A stretch of 64,000 nucleotides of DNA from Deltaproteobacteria bacterium (GTDB taxonomy: Bacteria > Myxococcota > Kuafuiibacteriia > Kuafuiibacteriales > Kuafuiibacteriaceae): positions 288,001 to 352,000 of the forward strand of contig JAVJQW010000070.1 of the NCBI GenBank assembly GCA_040218735.1. The letters are read 5' to 3'. The number at the start of each line of letters is the position of its first letter. Position 1 is the stretch's first letter. Made by a program: the position numbers and the translations under genes. The notes under the pieces were generated by a model, which worked only from the letters and a program-made list of their open reading frames with translations, was not told where the DNA came from and did no database searches. Of the stretch, positions 50,387 through 61,100 are shown one piece after another.

Positions 50387-51922
50387 ATGGGGTCGAAGGT
50401 CACGCGCGGCACCGGGACTTCCCTCCTCCAAGTCGACGCCCCAGACGGGTCGAAGGAGGTTCAGGGGAACGAGGCGAACCCCGCTGCGACCGCGCCCGAC
50501 CTGCGGCCCTCGGACCCGGCCACCCGCCCCTCGACGCAGCGCGCCATGACGTCATCGACCGCGTTCGGCCGCTTCGCCAAGCCCGTCGCGGCGGTGATGA
50601 TGGCGGCGACGCTGGGGATGGGGTGCGCCGCGCACGGCCAGACCCTAGAAGACGCGGGCGCGCGTCAGCCGCCCGAGGTCGTCCGCCCGGCCGACTTCGA
50701 CATCACGTCCCCCGACCATCTGGAACCGCCGAACGCCAACACCCGCGACTTCACGTGGGCGCTCAACCGGCTCCAGGAGCGCCGCGACCGCGGGCAGATC
50801 ACGATGGCCCAGTACGTCCGGGCGGAGTCGCTCCTCAGGAGCGCGCTCCTCGGCAACAGCACGGTGACGTTGGCCCGCGACCACAAGGGCCGCGTCGACA
50901 TCGATGCGCTCGTCGCCGTCGGTGACCTCGGCCCCGACGCCGCCAACCTCACGCGCGGTCAGCTCCGCATGCGCCAGCTCGCGGAGACGCTCGAGTTCCG
51001 GATGCGCATCACCGCGCGCGAGATGGCCACCGGCAATTACACGCAGCTCGACGGCGCGCCCGGCTACAAGGAGCTTTCGCAGGACGAGATGCAGGACCTG
51101 CTCACCGACGCGCTCCAGGACATCCCGCTGAACGAGCTCGCTGGCGGGCGCCACCTCGCGGCGCTGGTGAAGAACCTCCCGCTCACCGACGACATCGACG
51201 CGGAGAACATGTCGATCCGCGAGCTGGGCTCGAGGCTCGGCGACGAGTACGGAGACTGGCTGGAGGACAAGGCCAAGCCGCTGATCGAAGGGCGCGAGCT
51301 CGAGGTCGGCTTGGTCGCGTTCGGCGCCGTGACCGCGCTGCGCGCTTCGAGCCCCGACGCCGCGAAGCTGATCGACGGCCTCTCGCCGCGGTCGACGATC
51401 TACTCGTACCACTCGGACGATCGGAACACCGACCTCCGCGCGCGCCTCGCCTACCGCGACCAGCACGTGTTCCCGGACCTCGATCTCGAAGCGCGCACCC
51501 GCTACATCCACGGCGACACGACGTACCGCGCGAGCGTCGGCGGGACGCTGTCGTTCGAAAACGACGACATCCTCACCGGCACCGCCTCGGTCGGCGCACG
51601 CCACGAGTTCTCGAACTTCTCGTACCTCGACGCGTCCGGGACCTACATGACGCAGAACGATCTGTGGCGCGCGAACATCACGTACGGCCGCTACGATCCG
51701 GTCGACGGTTGGAACCTCTCGACCGGGCTGACCGGCGTGTTCGGCGAGGACGTCGCGATCGGCGACGCCAACGGACGCATCCGCTGGGAGACCGACATCA
51801 CGCGCGACATAGAGATCGGTCGCGCGCGGGGTGACTTCGGCTTCTACCTCGGCGTCGGCGCCGACAGCGACTTCGAGAACGACGAAGTGATGGCCGGCGC
51901 GGTGTTCCGGCTCAAGTTCTGA
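50387..51922 (+). CDS. Hypothetical exported protein, helical N-half with beta-barrel-like C-half
   Basis: AAGGA SD before ATG 50387; internal lipobox-like TLGMGC; C-terminal amphipathic strands ending in AVFRLKF. Confidence 0.7.
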   Translation: MGSKVTRGTGTSLLQVDAPDGSKEVQGNEANPAATAPDLRPSDPATRPSTQRAMTSSTAFGRFAKPVAAVMMAATLGMGCAAHGQTLEDAGARQPPEVVRPADFDITSPDHLEPPNANTRDFTWALNRLQERRDRGQITMAQYVRAESLLRSALLGNSTVTLARDHKGRVDIDALVAVGDLGPDAANLTRGQLRMRQLAETLEFRMRITAREMATGNYTQLDGAPGYKELSQDEMQDLLTDALQDIPLNELAGGRHLAALVKNLPLTDDIDAENMSIRELGSRLGDEYGDWLEDKAKPLIEGRELEVGLVAFGAVTALRASSPDAAKLIDGLSPRSTIYSYHSDDRNTDLRARLAYRDQHVFPDLDLEARTRYIHGDTTYRASVGGTLSFENDDILTGTASVGARHEFSNFSYLDASGTYMTQNDLWRANITYGRYDPVDGWNLSTGLTGVFGEDVAIGDANGRIRWETDITRDIEIGRARGDFGFYLGVGADSDFENDEVMAGAVFRLKF

Positions 51923-54827
51923 CGACGCGCCCTTCGGCGACGTCGATCCTCCGATCGAACATCGACGCGAGCTCGGCGTGGGCCGTGGCGACGATCGTCG
52001 TCCGCCCCGCCCGCACCGCCCGAATCGCGTGCGCGAGGTGCTCGGCCGTCGCGTCGTCGAACGTGTCGAGCGTCCCCGCCACCACGAGCACCGGCGCATC
52101 CACGTACAGCGCGCGTGCCAACGCGATCCTCAGCTCGTCGGCGACCGACATCGTCGGGCCTTCACGCCCGAGGGGGGTCTCGAACCCCAGCTCGAAGCGC
52201 GCGACGACCGGCTCGAGGCCGACCGCGATCGCGATCGCGCGCGCACGCTCGATGTCGGGCGACGCGCTGAGCGTGACGTTCTCGAGCACGGTGCCGTCGA
52301 ACACCCGCGGCACGTCGCCGACCATCGCGACGCGCTGGGCGAGCGCCGCGGTCCCGAGCGCGGCTATCGGCGTGTCGTCGTAGACGACCTCCCCGGTGCT
52401 GACCGGGCGCGCCCCCGCGATCACCGCGGCGAGCGCGTCGTGCCCCGAGCCGGTCGCACCCACGATCGCGACGTGCTCGCCGGCCCGCACGAGGAGCTCC
52501 GAGATCTCCAGGCCGGGCGCGGCGACGCGGCTGAGGCGAACGAGGCCCCGCAGGCTGGACACGTCGGCGGTCGGTGGCACCTCACCGCCGCGCCCCACGA
52601 GGCTCGACGCGAGGACCCCCACCATCTGGCGCGCGTAGCCGAGCGCGACGAACAGCTCGAACGCGCGCAGCACCGGCACCACCGTCAACAGGACCAGCGC
52701 GGACGCGCCGACGAGGGTGCCCATCGTGATCGCACCGCCACCGGAGAGCCGCGCGCCCAAGCCGAGCGCGACGACGAGGCCGACGGCGCCGATCGAGGTG
52801 ATGAGGCCGCGCCCCAGCGCCCGCAGCCCGGCTGCCCGCGCGAGCGCCTTCGCGCGAGCCTCGCGGGCGGCCTCCAACCGGAAAGCGAGGTGCGCGACGC
52901 GGCCGGTGGCAGCGAACTGCTCGCGCCCGGCGAGGAGGAGCTGCCGGCCGTGGCGCGCGAGGTCGGCCAGATCCTCGGCTTCGTCGACCCGGCGTGCGAG
53001 GCGTCGCCCCACGACGGCGGCGGTCGCGGCGTACGCGACGAACATCAGCGCCGCGAGGCCGGCGAACCGAAGGTCGAGGTAGGCGAGGCCCGCGAGGATC
53101 GCGAGCGAGTGCACGGCCCCCCCGACGCCCACCGTCAGCGCCGCCGACCACAGCTGCGTCACCCGCTGCGACTGCCCGAGCACGGGCGCGACGCGCGAGG
53201 TGTCTTGGAAGAACCGCGCGACGAGGAGCGCCTGCGTGAGGGTGTCTTCCAGCGTCGCCGCCGCCTCCGCTGCGGCGCGGGACTCAAGCGCGTGGGAAGC
53301 AAACGAGGCGACGACGAACGCCACCGTTGCGCCGAGCAGCGCGACGGTCACCGGCACGAGCAGCGCCTGCGTGCCCTCGACGACGACGCCGTCGATCAAC
53401 ACCGGAACGACCACACCGGGCACGACGGAGAGCAACCCCGCGACCAGCGCGAAGAGCACCGCGAGTCCGAGGCGCGCGCGCTGCGCGACGAAGCCGATGC
53501 GCGCCCACGACAGCAACGCGCCGTCCGGCGGGAGCTGCGCGGAGAGCAGCGCGCCGGGGCCCGGATCGCTGAGCGGCGGAATCGCGCCGAGCTTCGGTCG
53601 GGGGCGCGACGGTGGCGCCGGGTCCGTGCTCGGCGCGACGGGCTGCTGGCCGACCGTCGGATCCTCGGACGGCGCCGGCGCCGGGGGATCGGATGCGGGT
53701 CCTGGCTTCTGGGTCTGCTTGGCGATCGCGCGCAGAACGCCGGCGGGGATCGTGAGCACGCGCGCGTCGGTGACCGCGACGGCCGTGGCGCCGCGCGGTC
53801 GATCGTGGACGGCGCTGGTGACGCCGAGGACGTCGCCGGTGGTGGGCGCGGCGGAGCCCTGCGACGCGTCCGCGACGCTCATCCGGAAGCGCCCCTCGAC
53901 GACGACGTAGGCGGGTCCCGAAGGATCACCTTCGCGGAACAGGGCGTCGCCCTCGCCCACCGGCTGCTCGGTGCACTCGTCGGCCTGCTGGGCGAGGACA
54001 TCGCGTGGGATGCGCCGGAGCGCCTTCGCCGACAGGAGGATCTTCGCACGTGCGGCGCGCTGCGTGAGCTGCTCGAGCCAGTGCAGCCCCGAGCCGTACC
54101 GGCCGGCCCACGCCTTTACGGCGTCGAGCGGAACCACGAGGACGTCGGCGGACTCCACCACGACGTACGTCGCGGCGTACTTGCCGTCGGTCACCATCGT
54201 CGCGCCGACCACGTCGCCGGGGCCGAGGACGTCCACGACCAGGTCGCCCTCCAACGCGCGTACCGCGCCGCGGACGAGCACCACCAAGGTGCCCGCGGGC
54301 GACGACTGGTTCGCGATCGGCGTCCCGGCGTCGACCGTGCGGCGCTGCCCGGCCGCGAAGAGATCCTTGCGCGCCTTGACCTCGAGCCGAGCGAGCAGAC
54401 CGACGCTGGGCACCGCGTCGATCGGCGCGCCCGCGACCGTCTCGTCGTCCGGCATGTCGCTCTCGCCGGTGTTCTCGTGCTCGCCGAGGTGAACGGCCTG
54501 CAGGGCCATCGTCGGATCGGGTCGCCCGGTGATCGGACCGGAGGGGCCCGAGAGCGCCTCGGCGATCGGACCGGAGCCCGAGGGGGCCTCGGCGACCGGC
54601 TCGGCGCCGGAGGACAGGTTCACCGCCGGCATCCCCACGGTCGCGCCGTCGTCGTCGGGGAGCGCGCTCTCGTCGGTGGTGTCGTCGGTGAGCGCCCCGG
54701 CGATCATCTCGTCGGTGTGCCCTTCGCGAACGTCGAGCAGCGAGGACAGCTCACGAACGACGTCCACGACGTCGACGGCCTCGGTGGCGTCGACCGCTTT
54801 CTCGGCGTCTTCGTCGCCGTGGGCCAA
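51912..54827 (-). CDS. ABC exporter with two cNMP-binding domains and a degenerate nucleotide-binding domain
   Basis: Two cNMP-like domains (LVRGAV..LGPGDVVG..AAT; LFREGD..VVEG..GDVLG..PRGAT), ABC TM domain, NBD with GATGSGHD, FDGTVLENVT, RIALARALY. Confidence 0.8.
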   Translation of the reverse strand: MAHGDEDAEKAVDATEAVDVVDVVRELSSLLDVREGHTDEMIAGALTDDTTDESALPDDDGATVGMPAVNLSSGAEPVAEAPSGSGPIAEALSGPSGPITGRPDPTMALQAVHLGEHENTGESDMPDDETVAGAPIDAVPSVGLLARLEVKARKDLFAAGQRRTVDAGTPIANQSSPAGTLVVLVRGAVRALEGDLVVDVLGPGDVVGATMVTDGKYAATYVVVESADVLVVPLDAVKAWAGRYGSGLHWLEQLTQRAARAKILLSAKALRRIPRDVLAQQADECTEQPVGEGDALFREGDPSGPAYVVVEGRFRMSVADASQGSAAPTTGDVLGVTSAVHDRPRGATAVAVTDARVLTIPAGVLRAIAKQTQKPGPASDPPAPAPSEDPTVGQQPVAPSTDPAPPSRPRPKLGAIPPLSDPGPGALLSAQLPPDGALLSWARIGFVAQRARLGLAVLFALVAGLLSVVPGVVVPVLIDGVVVEGTQALLVPVTVALLGATVAFVVASFASHALESRAAAEAAATLEDTLTQALLVARFFQDTSRVAPVLGQSQRVTQLWSAALTVGVGGAVHSLAILAGLAYLDLRFAGLAALMFVAYAATAAVVGRRLARRVDEAEDLADLARHGRQLLLAGREQFAATGRVAHLAFRLEAAREARAKALARAAGLRALGRGLITSIGAVGLVVALGLGARLSGGGAITMGTLVGASALVLLTVVPVLRAFELFVALGYARQMVGVLASSLVGRGGEVPPTADVSSLRGLVRLSRVAAPGLEISELLVRAGEHVAIVGATGSGHDALAAVIAGARPVSTGEVVYDDTPIAALGTAALAQRVAMVGDVPRVFDGTVLENVTLSASPDIERARAIAIAVGLEPVVARFELGFETPLGREGPTMSVADELRIALARALYVDAPVLVVAGTLDTFDDATAEHLAHAIRAVRAGRTTIVATAHAELASMFDRRIDVAEGRVVRT

Positions 54828-54907
54828 GACGCGCGCAGGATAGCCGTCCTCTGGGCGGCAGGCCAGCTTGGCACCGGGCCCGCGAGGTGTTTCAACGTAG
54901 ACGAACG

Positions 54908-57900
54908 GTGCGGTGTGTCTTCGTCAGTCGGGACCACGCCGCGCGCCTCGACGCCGCACGCCGGTACCTCGTGGAGCGCGAGGGACCGATCCTCGTGCTC
55001 GGCGCGACCAAGCGCGCCGCGGACGACTTCGTCAAAACCGCCGGTCCTGGCCCGGGAGCGGACGGTCTCGCGCTCCTCGGCGTTCACCGCCTGACCCTCG
55101 ATCTGCTGGCCCGCGAGCTCGCGCTGCTGCCGTTCGCACGCTCCAAGATCGCGCGCCTCACGGGGCTCGGGGCGTCCGCGCTCGCCGCGCGGGTCGTCCA
55201 CGCCACGCGACAGAACGGGGCGCTTCGATACTTCGAGCCGGTCGCGGACACACCCGGGTTCGGGTCGGCCGTCGCGCGGACGATCCGTGACGTCCGCGAA
55301 GCCGAGATCGAAGCCGCGGCGATCGAGGCGCTCGGCTCCGGGGGGGTCGACCTGCGGCGCCTCCTCGCGACCTACGAACGCGAGCTGTGGTCCCTCGGGC
55401 TCGCGGACCGGGCGCAGCTGCTCCGCGTCGCGGCGGATGTCGCGGGCCAACGCGAGCACCCGCTCGTGCGGCTGCCGGTAGTCATGCTCGACGTGTGGCC
55501 CGAGACCGTGGCCGAGACGCGGCTGATGAAGGCGCTGGCGCCCGACGAGGTCGTCGCGACGGCGCCGGTGCACGACCGCGATCGCGTCGAGCGCCTCGCG
55601 GCGCTGCTCGGCGCCGAGGTGGAGGACGTCGACACGCCCGCGAACGACCGCGCGTTGGATCGCGCGCGGCGCTACGTGTTCCTCGAGGAGCACCCGGCCG
55701 CCGCGTCGCCCGACGACTCCCTCACGTTCTTCTCCGCCCCCGGCGAAGCGCGCGAGTGCATCGAGATCGTCCGCCGCATCGAACGCCTCGCCGCGCGCGG
55801 GGTGCCGTTCGATCGCATGGCGGTGCTCCTCCGCAACGAGCGCACGTACACGCCGTTGTTGATGGACGCGCTCGGTCGCGCGCGCATCCCCGGCTTCTTC
55901 ACACGCGGCGTGCGCCGGCCGGATCCGTCGGGGCGCGCGTTGCTCGCGCTGTTGTCGTGCGCCGCGGAGGGCCTGTCGGCGTCGCGCTTCGCGGAGTACC
56001 TCTCGCTCGGTCGCACGCCCGAGGTCGACGCCGCCGGGGCGCCGGTCGAGCAGCCGACGCCGTGGGTACCGCCCAAGGAGGACGGCCAGCTCGTCTTCTT
56101 CACGTCGGTGGCGCCCCCGCCCGCTCCGACGCCGCCCGTGGAGCGCCGCCCGATCGACGTCCCGGTGTACTGGGAGAAGTTGCTCGTCGACGCCGCGGTG
56201 ATCGGCGGGCGTGACCGCTGGGCGCGGCGCCTCGGCGGTCTCGCGCGGGAGCTGAAGCTCCAGATCCAACGCCTCGGCGAGGACGCCGGGACACGTCGAC
56301 GCAAGAAGGAGCAGGACCTCGAGCAGGTCGAAAACCTCACCGCGTTCGCGCTGCCGCTGATCGATCTGCTCGACCAGCTCCCGGAGGCGGCGACCTGGCG
56401 CGTGTGGCTCGAGAAGCTCGGGGCCCTCGCGACGCGCGCGCTCGACGATCCCGAGCCGGTCCTCACGCTCCTCGCCGAGCTGCGGCCGATGGGCGACGTC
56501 GGCCCGGTCGGGCTCGACGAGGTGCGGCTCGTGCTCGACGAACGGCTCGGTTTCCTCCGCGAGGAGCCGACCGGGTCGCGCTTCTCGAAGGTCTTCGTCG
56601 CACCGATCGAGGAGGCGCGCGGGCGCTCCTTCGACGTGGTGTTCCTCCCCGGCCTCGCGGAGGGCATCTTCCCGCGCCGCGTCTACGAGGACCCGCTCCT
56701 CCTCGACGGCGACCGTCGGCGCATCGATCCCGACTTCGTCGTGCAGGCGCGCGAGCTCGCGCGCGAGCGCGACCGCCTCCACACCGCGCTCGGCGCGGCG
56801 GAGCATGCGGTGTTCGTCTCCTACCCGCGGATGAACGTCATCCAGGGCCGCCCGCGTGTGCCCTCCTTCTACGCGGTCGACGTGCTGCGCGCCGCGGAGG
56901 GGCGTGTGCTGGGGCTCGACGAGCTCTTCGAGCGCGGCACGAGCGCCGCCGATGCGCGCCTCGGGTGGCCAGCGCCGCGTCGCGCCGAGGAAGCGATCGA
57001 CGAAGCCGAGTACGACCTCGCGATACTCGGCCCGCTCGTGTTCGAAGCGCCGGAGGCGGTAAAGAGCCGCGGTCGCTACCTGGTCGAGGGCGACGATCGC
57101 GAAGTCGCCAACCAACACCTCGTGCGCGGGCTGCGCTGGTACGCGTCGCGGTCGCGCTCGGCGTGGCGCCCGGGCGACGGCCTCGTCGCGCCCGACGACC
57201 GCACCCACGAAGTCCTCGGGCGTCACCGCCTCGGGCACCGCAGCTACTCACCGACCGCGCTGCAGTCGTACGCGACGTGCCCGTACCGCTTCCTCCTCCA
57301 CGCGGTGCACTACCTTCGGCCGCGCGAGGAGGCGGTGCCGCTGGAGGACGTCGATCCGCTGACGCGGGGCTCGCTGTTCCACCACGTGCAGTACGAGCTG
57401 TTCTTGAAGCTGCGCGCGGCCGAGCTGTTGCCCGTCGACGAAGACGGCCTCGACCCCGCGCTCGCGATCCTCGAGGAGACGTTCGCGGAGGCGTCGAAGC
57501 AGTTCGAAGAGGACCTCGCGCCGGCCATCCCGCGGGTGTGGTCGCGCCACATGGACGCGCTGCGCACCGAGCTGCGCGCGTGGCTGCGGTCGATCGCCGC
57601 GAAGCAGACGGCGTGGCGGCCCATCCACGCCGAGCTCGCGTTCGGGCTGAAGCCGGGGCCCGGGCGCGACCCGCAGAGCACACCTCGCCCTGCGAAGATC
57701 CTCGACGCCTACGAGGTGCGGGGCGCGATCGATCTAGTGGAGGAAAACGTCGAGACCGGCGCGGTGCGCGTGACCGACCACAAGACCGGACGGACGCCGA
57801 GCCCCTGGCCAGCGACCGTCGGCGGCGGGCGCCACCTGCAGCCGCTCGTCTACGGCCTCGCGGCGGAGCACGTCCTCGGCCGGGACGTGCAGGAGGGGCG

Positions 57901-58159
57901 CCTGTTCTACTGCACGACGCGCGAGAACTTCTCCGAGGTCGTCATCCCCGTGAACGACGCGACGAAAGACAAGTTGCGCGAGGTGCTGGAGACGATCGAC
58001 GGCGCGCTCGAGAAGGGCTTCCTCCCCGTCGCGCCCGACCGCGGCGCGTGCCGCTACTGCGACTACCGCGCGGTGTGCGGACCGGGTGAGGAGGAGCGCC
58101 TGCGCCGCAAGCGCCCCGACGACCTCGAACCGTTGGTGAAGCTGAGGGGGATGTCGTGA
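54908..58159 (+). CDS. addB: AddB/RexB-like subunit with PD-(D/E)XK nuclease and Fe-S cysteines
   Basis: Inactive helicase fold (RGRSFDVVFLPGLAEGIFP), SPTALQSYATCPYRF, RGSLFH, RGAIDLVE, TDHKTG, QPLVY, CRYCDYRAVC; start approximate. Confidence 0.8.
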   Translation: MRCVFVSRDHAARLDAARRYLVEREGPILVLGATKRAADDFVKTAGPGPGADGLALLGVHRLTLDLLARELALLPFARSKIARLTGLGASALAARVVHATRQNGALRYFEPVADTPGFGSAVARTIRDVREAEIEAAAIEALGSGGVDLRRLLATYERELWSLGLADRAQLLRVAADVAGQREHPLVRLPVVMLDVWPETVAETRLMKALAPDEVVATAPVHDRDRVERLAALLGAEVEDVDTPANDRALDRARRYVFLEEHPAAASPDDSLTFFSAPGEARECIEIVRRIERLAARGVPFDRMAVLLRNERTYTPLLMDALGRARIPGFFTRGVRRPDPSGRALLALLSCAAEGLSASRFAEYLSLGRTPEVDAAGAPVEQPTPWVPPKEDGQLVFFTSVAPPPAPTPPVERRPIDVPVYWEKLLVDAAVIGGRDRWARRLGGLARELKLQIQRLGEDAGTRRRKKEQDLEQVENLTAFALPLIDLLDQLPEAATWRVWLEKLGALATRALDDPEPVLTLLAELRPMGDVGPVGLDEVRLVLDERLGFLREEPTGSRFSKVFVAPIEEARGRSFDVVFLPGLAEGIFPRRVYEDPLLLDGDRRRIDPDFVVQARELARERDRLHTALGAAEHAVFVSYPRMNVIQGRPRVPSFYAVDVLRAAEGRVLGLDELFERGTSAADARLGWPAPRRAEEAIDEAEYDLAILGPLVFEAPEAVKSRGRYLVEGDDREVANQHLVRGLRWYASRSRSAWRPGDGLVAPDDRTHEVLGRHRLGHRSYSPTALQSYATCPYRFLLHAVHYLRPREEAVPLEDVDPLTRGSLFHHVQYELFLKLRAAELLPVDEDGLDPALAILEETFAEASKQFEEDLAPAIPRVWSRHMDALRTELRAWLRSIAAKQTAWRPIHAELAFGLKPGPGRDPQSTPRPAKILDAYEVRGAIDLVEENVETGAVRVTDHKTGRTPSPWPATVGGGRHLQPLVYGLAAEHVLGRDVQEGRLFYCTTRENFSEVVIPVNDATKDKLREVLETIDGALEKGFLPVAPDRGACRYCDYRAVCGPGEEERLRRKRPDDLEPLVKLRGMS

Positions 58160-61100
58160 TCGACGGCGAAGCACGCGACCTCATCCGGCAGGGGCTCGAC
58201 GAGAGCCTCCTCGTCGAGGCGTCGGCGGGCACCGGCAAGACCTACGAGCTCGTGGAGCGGCTGGTGGAGCTGCTCGCGTCAGGTGTCGACGTGGACGCGG
58301 TGGTGTGTGTGACGTTCACGCGCAAGGCAGCGGGTGAGCTGAAGCTGCGCCTGCGCGAAGCGTTGGACCGAAAACGACGCGAGGCGATCGGCGTCCGCAA
58401 GGGGCACCTCGAGCGCGCCGTGTCGCGGCTAGAAGCGGCGCACATCGGCACGATTCACGCATTCTGTACGGAGATCCTCCGCGAGCGCCCGGTGGAGGCG
58501 CGCGTGGATCCGACGTTCACGGAGGTCGCCGAGGGTGAAGCCGACGCGATCTTCGCGCGCGCGTTCGACGGGTGGCTCCAGGAGAACCTCGGGACGATGC
58601 CGCCGGGGCTACAGCGTGTGCTGAGCCGACGCCCGCCGTGGAACTCGGACGAGTCGCCGGCGCAGCGGCTCGCGGGTGCGGCCAAGACACTCGTCACGTG
58701 GCGTGACTTCCCCACGCGCTGGCGACGCGAGCCCTTCGACCTCGCGCGCAACCTCGACGCGTTCGTCGCGCGCGTCGCGGAGGTCGCGGACGCGAGCGAG
58801 GCTTGCCAGGACGACCGCGACGCGCTGCGCTTCGGCACCGAGCCGGCGCGCGACTTCATGCGCTGGTACGAACGCGTGGAGCTCGACGGTCCGCGCGACG
58901 ACGCTGCGCTCGAAGCGCGCCTGATCGATCTGCGCACGCAGATGAACCGCGGCAACCGCAAGAAACCGGGGTACGGACCGTACGGCGAAGGGGTCAGTCG
59001 GGCGTCGCTCATCGGTGCGCGGGACAAGCTCCTCCAGGACCTGGAGGGCTTCGCGCGCCGCGCCAACGCGGACCTCGCAGCGGCGCTGCAGGGGGAGCTG
59101 TGGGACGTCGTCGAGCGCTACGAGGCGCTCAAGGCTCGCGTCGGCAAGCTCGACTTCGACGACCTCCTGCTGCGCGCGCGCGACCTCGTGCGCGAGGACC
59201 AGGGCGTCCGCACCTACCTGCAGCAGCGCTTCACCCACCTGCTCGTCGACGAGTTCCAGGACACGGACCCGGTGCAGGCGGAGATCCTGTTCTTGCTCGC
59301 GGCGGACGACCCGGCCGAGTCGAACTGGCGGCGCGTGAACATCGTCCCGGGGAAGCTGTTCCTCGTCGGGGATCCGAAGCAGTCGATCTACCGCTTCCGG
59401 CGCGCGGACACCGCGGTGTACCGCGCCGTGAAGACGCAGCTCGAGAAACAGGGCGTCGGCATCGTGCGCCTCTCTCACAGCTTCCGAGCGACGGCGCCGC
59501 TGCAGGCCGCGATCAACGTCGCCTTCGAGGACCGCATGGCGGACGACGCCGACTCCGGTCAGGCCGGCTACGTCCCGCTCGACGGTGGCCCCGAGCCACC
59601 GCCCGGGCAGCCTTCCCTCGTCGCCCTCCCCGTCCCGCACGTACACGGGAAGTACTCACCGTACGCGGAGGAGATCCGAAAGTCGCTCCCGGACGCGGTG
59701 GGCGCGTACATCGGGTGGCTCCTCGAACACAGCGGTTGGACGGTGCGCGAAGGCGGCGAGCGCGTCCCGCTCGACGCCAAACACATCGCGGTGCTCTTCC
59801 GACGGTTCGTCGCGTCGGGCCACGACGTCACGGCGCCCTACGTGCGTGCGTTGGAGCGGCGGACGATCCGCCACGTGGTCGTCGGCGCACGTTCGCTGCA
59901 CGACCGCGAGGAGGTCGAGGCGCTCTTGTCCGCGGCGCAGGCGATCGAGTGGCCGAGCGACGAGCTCGCGGTCTTCGCGACGCTGCGCGGCCCGCTGTTC
60001 GGGCTGCCCGACGAGCTCCTCCTCGACTACCGCTCGCGTTACCACCACCTCGACCCGTTCAAGTTGCCGAAGAAGGCGCCCTCCGAGGTGCTCACGCCGG
60101 TGGTGACCGCGCTGACGATACTCCACGACCTCTCCGCCGAGCGGAACGACCGGCCGTTCGTCGACACGATGCAGTCGCTGCTCGCGCAGACCCGCGCCGT
60201 GGCGGGCTTCGCGCTGCGGCCCGGCGGCAACCAGGTCCTCGCGAACGTGCAGGAGGTGCTGAACCTCGCGCGGAGCTTCGAGCTGTCCGGCGGCATCAGC
60301 TTCCGCGGGTTCGTCGAGCGATTGAAACAAGCCACCGAGGACGCGCGAGCGAGCGACACGGCGGCGTACGAGGAAGGCACCTCGGGCGTGCGCATGATGA
60401 CGGTGCACAGCGCGAAGGGCCTCGAGTTCCCGGTGGTGATCCTCGCGGACACCACCGCCTCGCTGTTCTTCTCCACGCCGAACCGCACCATCGATCCGGA
60501 GCGCCGCCTCTGTGCGACCACGCTGATGGGCTGCGCGCCGTGGGAGCTGCTCGACCACCAGGACCGCGAGAAGAACTTCGACGAGGCGGAGGGGGTGCGC
60601 CTCGCGTACGTCGCGGCGACGCGCGCGCGGGATTTGTTGGTGGTGCCGACGATCGGCGAAGGCGCGGACCACATGGTGTACCGCGGGCAGAGCTGGGTCT
60701 CGCCGCTCGACGGCGTGGTGTACCCGGCGCTTCAGAACTACCGAAAGTCGGAGCCGTTCCCCGGCGTTCCGGTGAAGGGCGAGCGCTCGGTGCTGAGCTA
60801 CCCGACCGAGCCCGGCGCGAAGACGCGCCCCAATGTTCGCCCGGGGTGGACGACCGGGCGCGCCGGAGGGCCCGGCGTGTTGTGGTGGGATCCGGCGACG
60901 CTCACGCTCGACCCGCCGGCGACGTTCGGGTTGCGGCACGAGCACTTCCTCGCGCCGGGGGACGAAGCCGCGCAGAGCCTCGCCCGCCACGCGGACTGGA
61001 AGGCGCAGCGGAACAAGGCGCTGGAGGAAGGGGAGATCGCGACCGTCGAGACGATGCGCGCGACGGAAGCGATCGAGGCGCCGCACGGCTACGACGCGAT

